Source: Octopus bimaculoides
Lineage: Eukaryota
Length of the DNA stretch: 62,607 nt
Direction of reading: 5' to 3'
Assembly: GCF_001194135.2 (NCBI RefSeq)
Contig: NC_068984.1
Coordinates: 58,500,114-58,562,720 of the forward strand
Part shown: positions 51,950-62,607 of the stretch, piece after piece
Numbering within the stretch: position 1 is the first letter of the stretch
Layout: each line of letters opens with the position of its first letter
Program-made: the position numbers and the translations under genes
The notes under the pieces: model-generated
The model's input: the letters and a program-made list of their open reading frames with translations, nothing else
Told to the model about the DNA's origin: nothing
The model's database searches: none

Positions 51950-54489
51950 CTAGTTGTAGTGAAAAAGAAAAAAGAAATACAAATGAAACATTGAATATGT
52001 ATGGAGACAACATTGAGATAAAAAAAAAATTAAAAAAAAGACAATTCTAGAAATTAAACTCAAATCATTTGGATGCTGTCCAAATACTTTTTATATTTGT
52101 CTTCCTTATGGAATTTTGTCTTTTCCTTTTCTTTCTAATGTAAACATTGATTTGAATATTCAAAATGATTAAAATGGAAGACAGAGTATACTGGAAGCTT
52201 TATTTAGGACAACAACCATTTCAGCTTACTTCTACACTGTTCCCTCGTGAGTGGGGAATGATGTAAAGGGATCAAATGCACCCCATATTGCAGAAGAAAC
52301 TGTCTTAGGCCACATAAAGCAGTTCAGTGTTATAAGATGTACATTTCGCTGATTGATTTAAATACATACATGTTCTTTCTATCTCTTTCTCATACATACA
52401 CACACACATATACTAACATACATACAGTACAGGTCTGAATGTCATGTTTTTTTGGGTCCTTATCTCTATCTACTTTACAGCATGTCTCCTTGTCTTGACA
52501 CGAGGGCGTTTTATTATGCCATAAGCAAAAGACATGTCTGCAAAAAGACTTAAGAGTCACCTCTAATCTAATTCAATTTTTATTCATAGTTACTGCTTTC
52601 CAAGATGGGTTGCTTTCATTATGGCTGCTTCCTAGTCACATTGCCTTCACCATGGGCAAGAAACCATATCTTTCCATGATGTAGAGAGTAAGGTTTAGCT
52701 ATGAAGGAGGTTCATATATTCTCAGTGGCAGTCAAAAGCCACTGATAATAATGATTGTATCTACTATGTAAGAGAGGGTAGAAGCTTAGATATAGTTCAC
52801 TCTTGCAAGTTGCTCACTCTATCCTATATAACTTGTTTTTTCTTCATATTTACTGCTTTCCCTCTTTGATGGTCGTTCCTTGTCATTGTGAAGGATCTTG
52901 CATGGATGAATGACTGAAAGTGATGCTGTCAGGAGTTCTAAACTCCTGGTAGGGCTACCTTTGGTGGTAAGGTCAAAGACAAGGATCCAGACTAAGCGCA
53001 ATCAACCCCCAAAGATCCCAGCAGCGGAACAAGCAGATGATAATTACAACAGATCTCAATGCTTGAATCGGCGGATGAAAAGGGCTATGCATGACAGACA
53101 TATTACGGAAGGTGCCACTCAAAACTATAACCTGGTCAGTGGCAGTCCATTGTAGTTTCATAATTGGATGCTGCATACCTCATTCTTTATGTGCCACAGA
53201 GGAAAATCATGAAACCAAGTGTGTGGATCACTTCCTGGCAAGTTGAGGTCTACCTTAAACAAATCCATTCCATTAGTACTTTCTTTTACTCTGATTGTAT
53301 TACTGCTTTCATTGACAGGTTGCTTTCATTTCAGCTTGCAGAGTCCACGTCTTCATTGCATGATTAGGACAAAACCGTTTTCATATACTGCTGAGCTTGT
53401 TTCGTCACCTTCACCAAAGCTGAGAAGCCTAAACTTTTCATAATGTAGGGAGGAGGTTTAACTACCACAAGAACTGTTAGTCTAATGTTACTAGGAATAA
53501 AAAAATTTTTTTGCTGAGCAAAACAGAAGTCAGGAGGTTACAGCTGTAGTATGAGATAGCTGGGAATGAGTTTGCCTGCATGGTGTAGTTAAAAGCAGTG
53601 CTTAGCTACCAAGGGAACATTCTATAATATACTAATGGCAGCTGGTTATGAAATATCAAGTAAATAGCTTTATTTATCATATGCTAATATGTGAGAAGCA
53701 TACTCTTTGTATTTTACATGCATGTATGCACATATTGATGCATGAAACACATCATTATTAAGATGCTGGCATGGCTGTGTGGTAAGAAGATTGCTTCCCA
53801 ACCACATGATTCTGGGTTCAGTTCCACTGCATGGCATCATGGGCATATGACTTCTACTACAGCCCATGTTGACCAGGTTGTGAATAGATATGGACTTGGT
53901 AAATGGAAACTGAAAGAAACCCACCATACATGTGTGTGTGTGTGTATATATGCATGTGCATGTGTGTGTGTGTGTGTGTGTACGTGCATGTGTGTGTGTG
54001 AATGTGAGCATGTGAGAGTTTGTGTCTCCTTGTCTTGACATCACATGACAGTTGTAAATGAATGCCACTCTCATACAAGTAGTGTCATTCCCATCTAATA
54101 TTCTGCATGAATATATTTGGCCACAGGGAAATATTATCTTGCTCTGAAACAAATAGGAGTTAGTGCCAAAAATGGCATCTGACTGTAGAAAATCTACCTT
54201 AAATAAACTCTGATCCCTGCAATCTTGGGAAAGTGGACATTAAATGATGATCATTATTATGAACACTAATGGAAACATTACGAGACATATGTAAAACATA
54301 AATAGATATATACATTTGCATGTGTGCGTATGTGTGTAGATTTAAGCATGAGCATATACAAATGAGCAGTTAAAGATATAAACACAGTTGCAGACAGTTA
54401 CACAAAGCTTCATTTCTTCATGTACTCATTCACATTCATGCATTAATACAATACAGCAAGAAATCTCTGAGAATGAAGCAAGGACTTAC

Positions 54490-54645
54490 TTCTTGGACTT
54501 ACAGCCAAATAAGCAGTTGCCTCTCTGTAACCAGCAGTGCTCTCAGCACGACATATGTATAGGCCACGATCATCTATATTCACCTGCAGAATCCTCAGTT
54601 CATTGCTTGTGATTGTAAAACGACCATTGTTTGGCAAAGCTTCAC
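54490..54645 (-). CDS. PXDN: PXDN exon, C-terminal half of an Ig domain (EALPNNGRF...DDRGLYICRAES)
   Basis: ttacag acceptor, A|gtaagt donor, 156 nt; DxGxYxC motif. Confidence 0.92.
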
Positions 54646-55596
54646 CTGTAATGAAAATTTGATTTAGAAAATATCTTTTAAGAATGCATGAATTAATAAA
54701 TAATAATAACCATAATAATTTTTCCAAATTTTAGCACAAGACCAGGAATTTTAAGGAGACAGGGAAGTTGATTATATTGGTCTCAGTGCTTATTTTATCA
54801 ACCCCAAAAGGGTGAAAGGCAGAATTGACCGCAATGCTATTTGAATCCAGAAAATAAAGAGCTTGAAGAAATGCTACTGGTCATTTTGTCCAGTGTGATA
54901 ATGATTCTGCCAGACACCAATGATCAAATCTGTCAATTGATTCAAGGTAATTAGCTCTTGCCAAAGCCAGATCGAGATCCAGTGCTCTCTACCAGGTATC
55001 ACATGAGTTGGAGGTTCTCATATATAGATAGCATGGCTTTTAACAGGTCTGCAACACTATTTGCAATAGGTGCCTCTTTGCAAGCAGCTTGCCCAAAATC
55101 TATAACTCTGTTCTCATTCTTTTATTTTAGCAAATATTTTATTTTAAATTCTTAGAAAAAATAAATTAAAAGAGAAGAGTTATCTCTCTTAGCAGCTATG
55201 ACATCACACTCTGCTTGCTAATTGATAAGATAAAGAATGGGAGCAACTTTTAATGAAAGTATTGCACATGTACAAAAGGCAAACTTAGCATTGTATAAAA
55301 ATTATTTCAAATGAATTGAAAAACACTGAGACATAGTAGTTAAACATTTTTTTACAACAGAAGTCATTAGATGTTTTGGTGATTCCTACCAGTGATATGA
55401 CAAGACAATGTGGGAACCTATATGTAGTAGATTAACCAGTAGACAAATCTCCTTTAATGTCTTTTTAAAAAAAAAACAAAAAGGAAAGGTGTATTGGGTT
55501 ATGTAGTCTGTGATAAATTATATTGATTAGAATACTTTTCATCAAAGGTCTGCTCTGTCGTGTCTGACCTAGGAAACAACAGCAAGTGAAACTAAA

Positions 55597-55652
<56 letters not shown>

Positions 55653-55683
55653 TTACTACTACTACTGCTGCTGCTGCTGCTGC
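55597..55683. repeat. (CTA)n(CTG)n microsatellite; representative of many (CA)n, (TACA)n, (AG)n, (AT)n and (ATT)n tracts (e.g. 1-26, 3085-3220, 39218-39330, 48222-48320, 51618-51665)
   Basis: Direct reading of the sequence. Confidence 0.97.
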
Positions 55684-56946
55684 AACAAGAAGGGAGAATA
55701 TGGTAATAATCAATATCAGAACTAATTAAATTCAAATTATTACCACAGAATATTAACCTATTAGCATTCAGATTACATCTTGTCAAATATATAATGCTTA
55801 TTTATTCATGTTGCTTTGAATTAATCATGCATTATCTCACAGCTTTGAGATTTCAATGACGTTGTAGGGTAGGTTTGAGAGGCTAGATCTTGCTGGTTTG
55901 GTAGCTTATTTGGGCTGGATATAGCCAGTTTAAAAGGTAAAGGATTAATGCAAGAAATGTAGACTTCATTCAAAATGTAGAATCAATATTTAAAAAACTA
56001 TTATAAACCAACTGAGAGTATCTACATAGTTACTTGACCTGCTAGAAATAGCACCCAAATCACTTACAGATCATATGCTGCCATCTTAAAAATGAGAAAG
56101 TACATTAAATAACAGAGCTCAAGATAGCCTTAGGAAGATGAGATGATCAAATTGAAACAAATTGCTGGACTAAGGGTTCATCTGGGTTAAACAATAACAT
56201 AAAAAGAAAGATTATCAAGAATCAGAACCAAAGTGAAGGTCCAAAGTCAAAGCAAATGAAAGTAAAAAGCAAACCCTGATCTGAGTAGTCCCAGAAAATA
56301 AATGACATATTCCTGACACATAGATGAACTGAAGTAATGCAGAATGAAGTGTCTTGTTCAGAAGCAAAAAAAAAAAAGCAAAAAAAAATAATAGAAGAAA
56401 TGTCATTGGAAGAAATGACTTCATGATCCACAAGGTTGCAGTTCTATACTTTGTCCACATGACTAGCTTGCCTGTTCAGAAATGCTAATTAATACATATG
56501 GAACGTCAGACAACAATAGATATATAATATAAGAGATACAAAAATTTTAACAATTATATGATTACTTTGACAAATAAAAGCATAGATTCATTAATATGTA
56601 TAAATTATATAAACACATACATGCCTCAAAAATAAATAGACACTCCTCAGTATAAAATTTTCTCTGTGCAGACATTACCTGGTGCATCAAACTTGCTATG
56701 TATTTATTATGCACAAGGCATGTCTACTAAATAGTAGATTAAGTATTTAAATGCATCAAATGATGTTATTTTCTTTCTAGTAATCTTTCAAAACTGATAG
56801 TGTCTATTTACTTTTGAGATGTGTGTGTATATAAACTGTTGTATACACAAAAACATCTATTGTGTCAGATAAACTTATATGCAGGATATTTCTGATTATA
56901 AATGAAGTCTTTTATAACAAGTACTGAATTTCGTTAATATACATAC

Positions 56947-57063
56947 CACTTTTTGACCAAGTGATGATTGGGACAGGATTGCCTTGAGCACGACACCTTA
57001 AAGTTGCAGAAGACCCTTCTGGTACAGTTTGATCTCTTGGTGGTTCAAAGAAGGCTGGTGGAA
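56947..57063 (-). CDS. PXDN: PXDN exon, N-terminal half of an Ig domain (PPAFFEPPRDQTVPEGSSATLRCRAQGNPVPIITWSKS)
   Basis: Absent from the ORF track, read by hand: tttcag acceptor, G|gtatgt donor, 117 nt phase 1-1; supplies the first Cys and Trp missing from the next exon. Confidence 0.92.
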
Positions 57064-58384
57064 CTGAAATAATAATAAATGATCATTGAAAGTAATAATA
57101 GTTTCTGTTTAGGCACAATACTAGCAATTTTTGAGGCAGTAGTGGGGGAGATTATTTTAATAACTTTATCCTCAGTACTTGAATGGTACTTTATTTTAAC
57201 CCCAGAAGGATAAAATGTAAAGTTAACATGGGGAGGATTTGAACTAACAATGTAAAGATCTGGAATAAAGACCCCAAGATATTTTTACCAATGCTTTAAC
57301 AATTTTACCAATCCATATAGTCATCATAATATTGAATCATCATAGAAGTAAAAAAACCTCATATTTTTTGAGGTGAGAAATTTGATTGCATTATGTTCAT
57401 ATGCTTGCTAAGAAAAGGTGGGGTAAAAAGTGACAGCCAACACCTGTTTATGGACCTGGCTTGCCAAGTTCTTACTTCTATATTACTGTGCTTACCTTGG
57501 TTAGCAGAGTACCAAAATAAAATTAAAACAAGATTAGAAACATAAACAAATGGTGGCATTTAGAATTAAAAATCAGATAACGTAAAGTATATGCTTTTGC
57601 CTCCAGTTATCTGTGTTAATTTACAACTGTCTTTTTATTTATGAGCCATCATGAAAGCTTCAGTAAGGTTACTCAACCTGTTAGTATTAGTAACCTAATC
57701 TAACCATAAATCACATTCTGTTGTCTTAAAAGAGGAAGGACACATTACACTGAATAACATTGTCCAAGATATATTATGCTTAAAATTAAAGACAGGATAG
57801 TCATGACTAGAATGCTTTTAATCATAAACTAGATTGATTTTAGGGCTGATCAGAAGTTGAACATATTTTTATAGAACATAAATAAGGAAAGAAATAAAAA
57901 ATGGTTCTCAACATAATTAAAGAGTGATGATTCTATTGAACCTCCAGCAAGCAAAGGAAACAGTAACTTTGACTTTACTAGATAGTAATTCTCGTGGTTA
58001 AATTTCTTTTGTTTGTGTTTTTATGATAGTCTCAAGAGTTCTCCCCACCCACACACATCCTTCAGGGGTCACAATAATGGTGATCTTTTATCTTTTATCA
58101 GTCATTAGACTGTGGCCATATTTGAGCACTATCTTAGAGGATTTTTTAGTTAAATGAATTGCCTCCAGTACTTATTTTTTTAAAGCCTGGCCCTCATTCC
58201 ATTGGTCTCTTTTGCTGAACCACTAAATTATAGGGACATAAACAGACCAGCACCAGTTGTCAAGCGGTGGGGTGGGGGAGACAAACACAGGCACAAAGAC
58301 ATACACATGCACGCATGCACGCACACACATACAATAGACTTCTTTCAGTTTCTGTCAACCAAATTCACTCAAAAGGCTTTGATT

Positions 58385-58960
58385 GATCCAGGGCTATAGT
58401 AGAAGGCTCCAATCTGATCTGGCAAGGTTTTTACAGCTGGATGCCCTTCCTAACACCAATCACTCTGAGAGTGTAGTGGGTGCTTTTTACGTGCCACTGG
58501 CATGAGAGCCAGTCAGGTGGCTCTGGCATCGGCCATGTTCGGATGGTGCTTTTAATGTGCCACCGGCACAGAAGCCAGTCAGGGTGGGGTGGGGTGGTGG
58601 CTGGCATCAACCATGTTTGGATGGTGCTTTTTACATGCCACTGGCACGGGGGCCACTCAAGTGGTACTGGCATCAACCAACACATGAATGGTCTTATTGC
58701 GTGCTACCAGCATGGGAGTCAGTCAGGTGGCACTGGCATCAGTCACAACTACAATTTCGATTTTTGATTATGATTTTGATTTTGATTTTACTAGACTCAA
58801 TAGGCCCCCATGAACACCATGGAAGATACCAGATTGCCGTCCAACATGCCCATTAAAATCTTCAGCCACTCGTCTTTGTGGTAGCCTGTAGAAGGATATC
58901 ATAAAAGTGGTCCATCTGATCATTTGGTAGGCCCACTTGTGGGGCATAGGCAGAGATAAT
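58385..58960 (-). mobile_element. RTE fragment: endonuclease relic abutting the 3' UTR
   Basis: DFNGHVGRQSGIFHGVHGG at ~58800-58870 lies directly upstream of the 3' UTR repeats and the ggaagggcatccagctgta tail. Confidence 0.7.
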
Positions 58961-59599
58961 TATAGCTATACTAATAAATTATTAACCTGTATTTAACTTT
59001 AAATGCCTCAGTCTATCTGTCCAACAATAGGGTCAATAGGATTCATTCTAACTTCATTTTTCAGGTATTGTCATTAAAAGAACTTCCAACTGTAATTAAA
59101 TTTGCAAAACCCATTTCCCCTATGTTACTATAGACAAATGAATATAAAACCAATGCAAAATGAAGTAAAACTAAATAAGATGAATTTGTATGTATAGTCA
59201 ATATCTCCATGAATTTCACTTGAAGTTCCATGTTTCTTTCAATGGACTTCTTGTTGTAATCTAATGATTGAACGACAAGAAACAAATGTGTTGGCATTGT
59301 ATGTTACATTATTAATCAGAAATGCATCTCTTAATGAACAAGAACATTGAGGAAAGAAAATACATTAGGTATTTTGAAGCATAAATTTTTTCACCACCTG
59401 AGCCATCAAAATGAGTGAGTGCACATGCAAGCAAGCGTCTGTGCGTGTGTGTTTGTGTGTGCGTGTGTGTGTGTGTGTGTGTGCGTGTGTGTGTGTGTGT
59501 TGATATGAATTATGCCTGTCTGTGTCAATCATGATTCTATGTTTGTCAGCAAGAAAAACATGTCACTAGAATTAAATTCTGCATTCACAAGCTACTTAC

Positions 59600-59869
59600 T
59601 TTGCAAGGTTATTCGTAATTCCCTTGTAGTAGTATCAGAACTACTTGTAGCTGTACACCGATAAAGGCCCTGGTCATTTTGCTGAATGTTCACAATGAAA
59701 AGGGAACCAGTTGTTGATAGAGTTATATGATCAGGAGTTGACAGAGGTAGATTATCTTTAGTCCAGCTGATTCTAGTAGATGGGTCAGTATTCTCTACAC
59801 ACTGAAGTGTAATGTTATCTCCTTGCTTAGCCATGATGTCAAGCAGTTCTCCTTGAAAACTTCCACTGT
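59600..59869 (-). CDS. PXDN: PXDN exon, Ig-like domain (ITLQC...SWTKD...DQGLYRC)
   Basis: ccag acceptor, A|gtaagt donor, 270 nt phase 1-1; Ig Cys/Trp and DxGxYxC motifs. Confidence 0.92.
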
Positions 59870-60343
59870 CTGGAATTACACAAAGGTACAAGCATATAGA
59901 ATTCAGCAATAATGAAGCACAACAGATATTTAAAAATTACAGTTGTTTTAATTGTATTTTTTAGATGAATAAAAGACAAAACAAAACCATTTCACATTAA
60001 AAAATGTAAAATACACCTAAATAACAAAATTGGTAAATTTCTTCAATCAGTCCCAAAGAGTTGAAATTACTTCATATAAAACTCTTATTTTGGCCTGTGT
60101 AACATTACCAGAATCTTAGAATATTGGCAAAATGAATGTAACATATTGTCACACTACACCTTATATAACTAAGCACTGAATGATTTAATGACAATGTAAG
60201 ACATACAATCCTGGACAAAATTAGTATGTAAACGATGATGAAGATGATGTATCAAAGATTCAAAGCTTATGTGTTGCTTTTAAGCATCTGATTGGCTTCA
60301 TTCAAATCAAAGTAGAGTTTTCTGCTTCTACTACTCAGCACAA

Positions 60344-60346
<3 letters not shown>

Positions 60347-60385
<39 letters not shown>

Positions 60386-60950
60386 CATCATCATCATGAG
60401 TGAAAGAGCAGTGCATGCCATCAAAGTGACACCAGTGTAAAATATACGAAGCCCATTATACCCATCATGACTACCCATCTGATAAGGGTACACCAGGCAC
60501 ATGCATCACAACCATATGTGTGCGACATGGTGATCTCATATCAAAATAAACAGAGCATGACCTCGTAGGTGGGGCCCAGTTAGAATTTTCTTCAGGTCAA
60601 GTAGCCCATCCCACTCAAAAGGTCTCTGAATAAGGTTTGTTTAAGGATGTTGAGCAAAACACCCATGTTTCCAAAGGTGAATTATTCAAACCCCAAAGAA
60701 TTCCTCTCCACACATGGCTATGATGCTCCCCCACTACTTCTGCTCATGATCAGAGATGTATATATCGTCAGCCACCAAGGGACATGCCCAACTGGTTACG
60801 TTCAAACAACTGACAAGCAAATCTGTGGTATTGAGCAGAATATTTGCTGTAACCCATCTTTTATACCAAGACAAAACAATGTACATGATAACACTTCCAA
60901 TCAATTAAGATCAGAAGCCATGAGAGCCACTGCCTGGTACTGCATCCGGG

Positions 60951-61046
<96 letters not shown>

Positions 61047-61047
61047 G
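60347..61047 (-). mobile_element. ~560-bp retroposon-like fragment flanked on both sides by long (ATT)n
   Basis: Non-repetitive GC-richer body 60396-60951 between (ATT)n/(ATC)n and (ATT)n tracts; family not identified. Confidence 0.5.
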
Positions 61048-61444
61048 ATCATCATTATTTAGTAAATCAGTAATACATTGATCTCCCTTAGCTTTTAGAT
61101 ATTCTTTTGATAACTTTGATTCTTAAAGTAAAATTTCTCCCATGTAACCTTTTGAAACTAATAAATAAAAGAAAAACTGAGGAGTTATGAAAAAGTTAAT
61201 GACTGATTTACTAAAAGACTTAAAAGAGGAAAGGGTGAAAAATGAAAATAAAAATATAAGACTGCAATATTAGGTCTGTAAAATTGTCAGAAATATTAAA
61301 GCACTCAGATTCTGAGATTAAATTCCATTGGCATCAGTTTTGCTTTTCATCTATTTCTAAAATCAATAAAAATAATGCCCAGTCGATTCAGTCGAAGAAA
61401 CTAATAATAAGGAATTAAGAAATAAAAGACAGTGGTTATTTTAC

Positions 61445-61495
61445 CAAATCTCCGAACTGGAAGTCTTTGTTGACGTGGAGGAAAGATTCTTCGCG
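61445..61495 (-). CDS. PXDN: Candidate 51-nt PXDN microexon (xRRIFPPRQQRLPVRRF), phase 1-1
   Basis: tttctttatacag acceptor and G|gtaaaa donor; 51 nt, stop-free, phase matches the downstream exon; GC-richer than flanks. No homology support. Confidence 0.55.
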
Positions 61496-62312
61496 CTGTA
61501 TAAAGAAACAGATATATAAATATATACATACATATATATTCTCAAGAGAATATTTGATAATCATATCAATTCAAACTTTGTTAAACATAGAATCTATTAC
61601 AAATGAATAGCAGTAAATTATATTTAAGTTAGACAGTTTATACATTTTATTTAACAAGTGAATAAAGCTAAAACATACATCAACACCCTAAAAAATACCC
61701 ATCTACTGTACACCTCAAGAAACTTTATAGACAAAAGGGAACAATTTCAAGCAGAGGTAAAATCAGGGCCAAAGCAAACAGGTAGAAAATTAAGAATGAG
61801 AAAGGAAAAGAAAGATTATAGAAGATGTAAAAGAGAGCTGGTAGCAAGGAAGATATAAAAGAGAAACAGAGAGGGGAGACAAACAGACAGAAATAGAAAT
61901 ACTAACACTCATCCTAGTTTACTAAGAAGGGTTCATCATCATCATTATGAAAAGAAGGGTTATATAATATAAAAGAAGGGTTATATAATATACAAAGAAT
62001 GATTATACAATATACAAAGAAGGGTTATACAATATAAAAATTATTTAAGTTTCTTGAATTAAGTATTAAAATCTTTCAATGCTCTTTAAATAAGAGATGA
62101 GAAAAGTTTTGTTTGATATTGTAAAACAAAAAATCCAACAAGCAAAACTACAATCTGGAACACTTATACTTACAATGTGGCTGAGCTGGATTTCTTACTG
62201 GGGCTTCAGTGACTCGTGAGCGAACAGCTGATAGAAAATGAGAAAAATAATGATGACAAGATATTATACTTTTAGAACTGCTAACTATAGATAATATAAA
62301 ATTTCAAAAAAT

Positions 62313-62607
62313 GTTGGGTGACACATGAAATGTTTGAGCGGGATCGTTGCCAGTGCCCCTGGACTGGCTCGTGTGCGGGCGACACATGGAATCTTTCGGG
62401 CGGGATCGTTGCCGGTGCCCCTGGGCTGGCTCTTGTGCGGATGACACATGAAATGCCTTGAGCGAGACGGGATCATTGCCAGTGCCCCTGGATTGGCTCA
62501 TGTGCAGGCGACACATGAAATCTTCCGAGCGGGATCATTGCCGGTGCCCCTGGGCTGGCTCTTGTGTGGGTGACACATGAGGTTTTTCGAGCGAGATCGT
62601 TGCCAGT
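62313..62607 (+). repeat. ~62-bp minisatellite related to the RTE 3' UTR repeat (runs off the window)
   Basis: Units at 62336, 62398, 62460, 62527 and 62589: gagcgggatcgttgccagtgcccctggactggctc...gacacatg. Confidence 0.9.

Larger units (their letters stand above)
32797..61495 (-). other. PXDN: Peroxidasin gene span (5'-truncated by window edge; 13 exons in window, 3458 coding nt)
   Basis: Exons join in frame with canonical AG/GT sites to give Ig-Ig-Ig-linker-heme peroxidase-VWC, the peroxidasin domain order. Exon lengths and phases were checked by hand and are all compatible. Confidence 0.95.

Noticed and set aside
52550-53650. GC-richer intronic stretch with several short ORFs
   Set aside because: Probably a decayed repeat; no recognisable motif and it is not needed for the PXDN reading frame.
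62313-62607. CRISPR-like appearance of palindromic direct repeats
   Set aside because: No unique spacers, eukaryotic context, no cas genes; the unit derives from the RTE 3' UTR.

Overview
AT-rich, microsatellite- and retroposon-dense animal genomic DNA from a draft scaffold with four N gaps. The repeat families and gene architecture suggest a coleoid cephalopod, probably Octopus (inference, no search run). Two spliced protein-coding genes lie tail-to-tail. (1) Minus strand: the 3' ~1150 codons of a peroxidasin (PXDN) gene, assembled by hand into 13 phase-compatible GT-AG exons from 61495 to the stop at 32797: a candidate 51-nt microexon, three Ig domains, a helical linker, the heme peroxidase domain with intact catalytic residues, a coiled-coil linker and a VWC domain. 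The signal peptide, LRRs and probably one more Ig lie beyond the right edge. (2) Plus strand: a compact 3-exon THAP zinc-finger gene (13634-29328, about 153 aa) with a DHSY HCF-1-binding motif. Introns and intergenic DNA hold tRNA-derived SINEs, RTE, Tx1/L1-like, HERO-like and Penelope-like retroelement fragments, a Tigger/pogo relic and several MITEs. Most notable oddities: a 7-copy head-to-tail SINE array with a monotonic CpG gradient, a four-layer nested transposon with a telomere-repeat palindrome, a structured hairpin minisatellite in RTE 3' UTRs, a decayed ~310-bp dimer with a hammerhead-like core, a basic Ig-linker microexon and a decayed partial exon copy in PXDN. No CRISPR, rRNA or bona fide tRNA gene is supported, and I found no clearly new biological system; the oddities are hypotheses to test.
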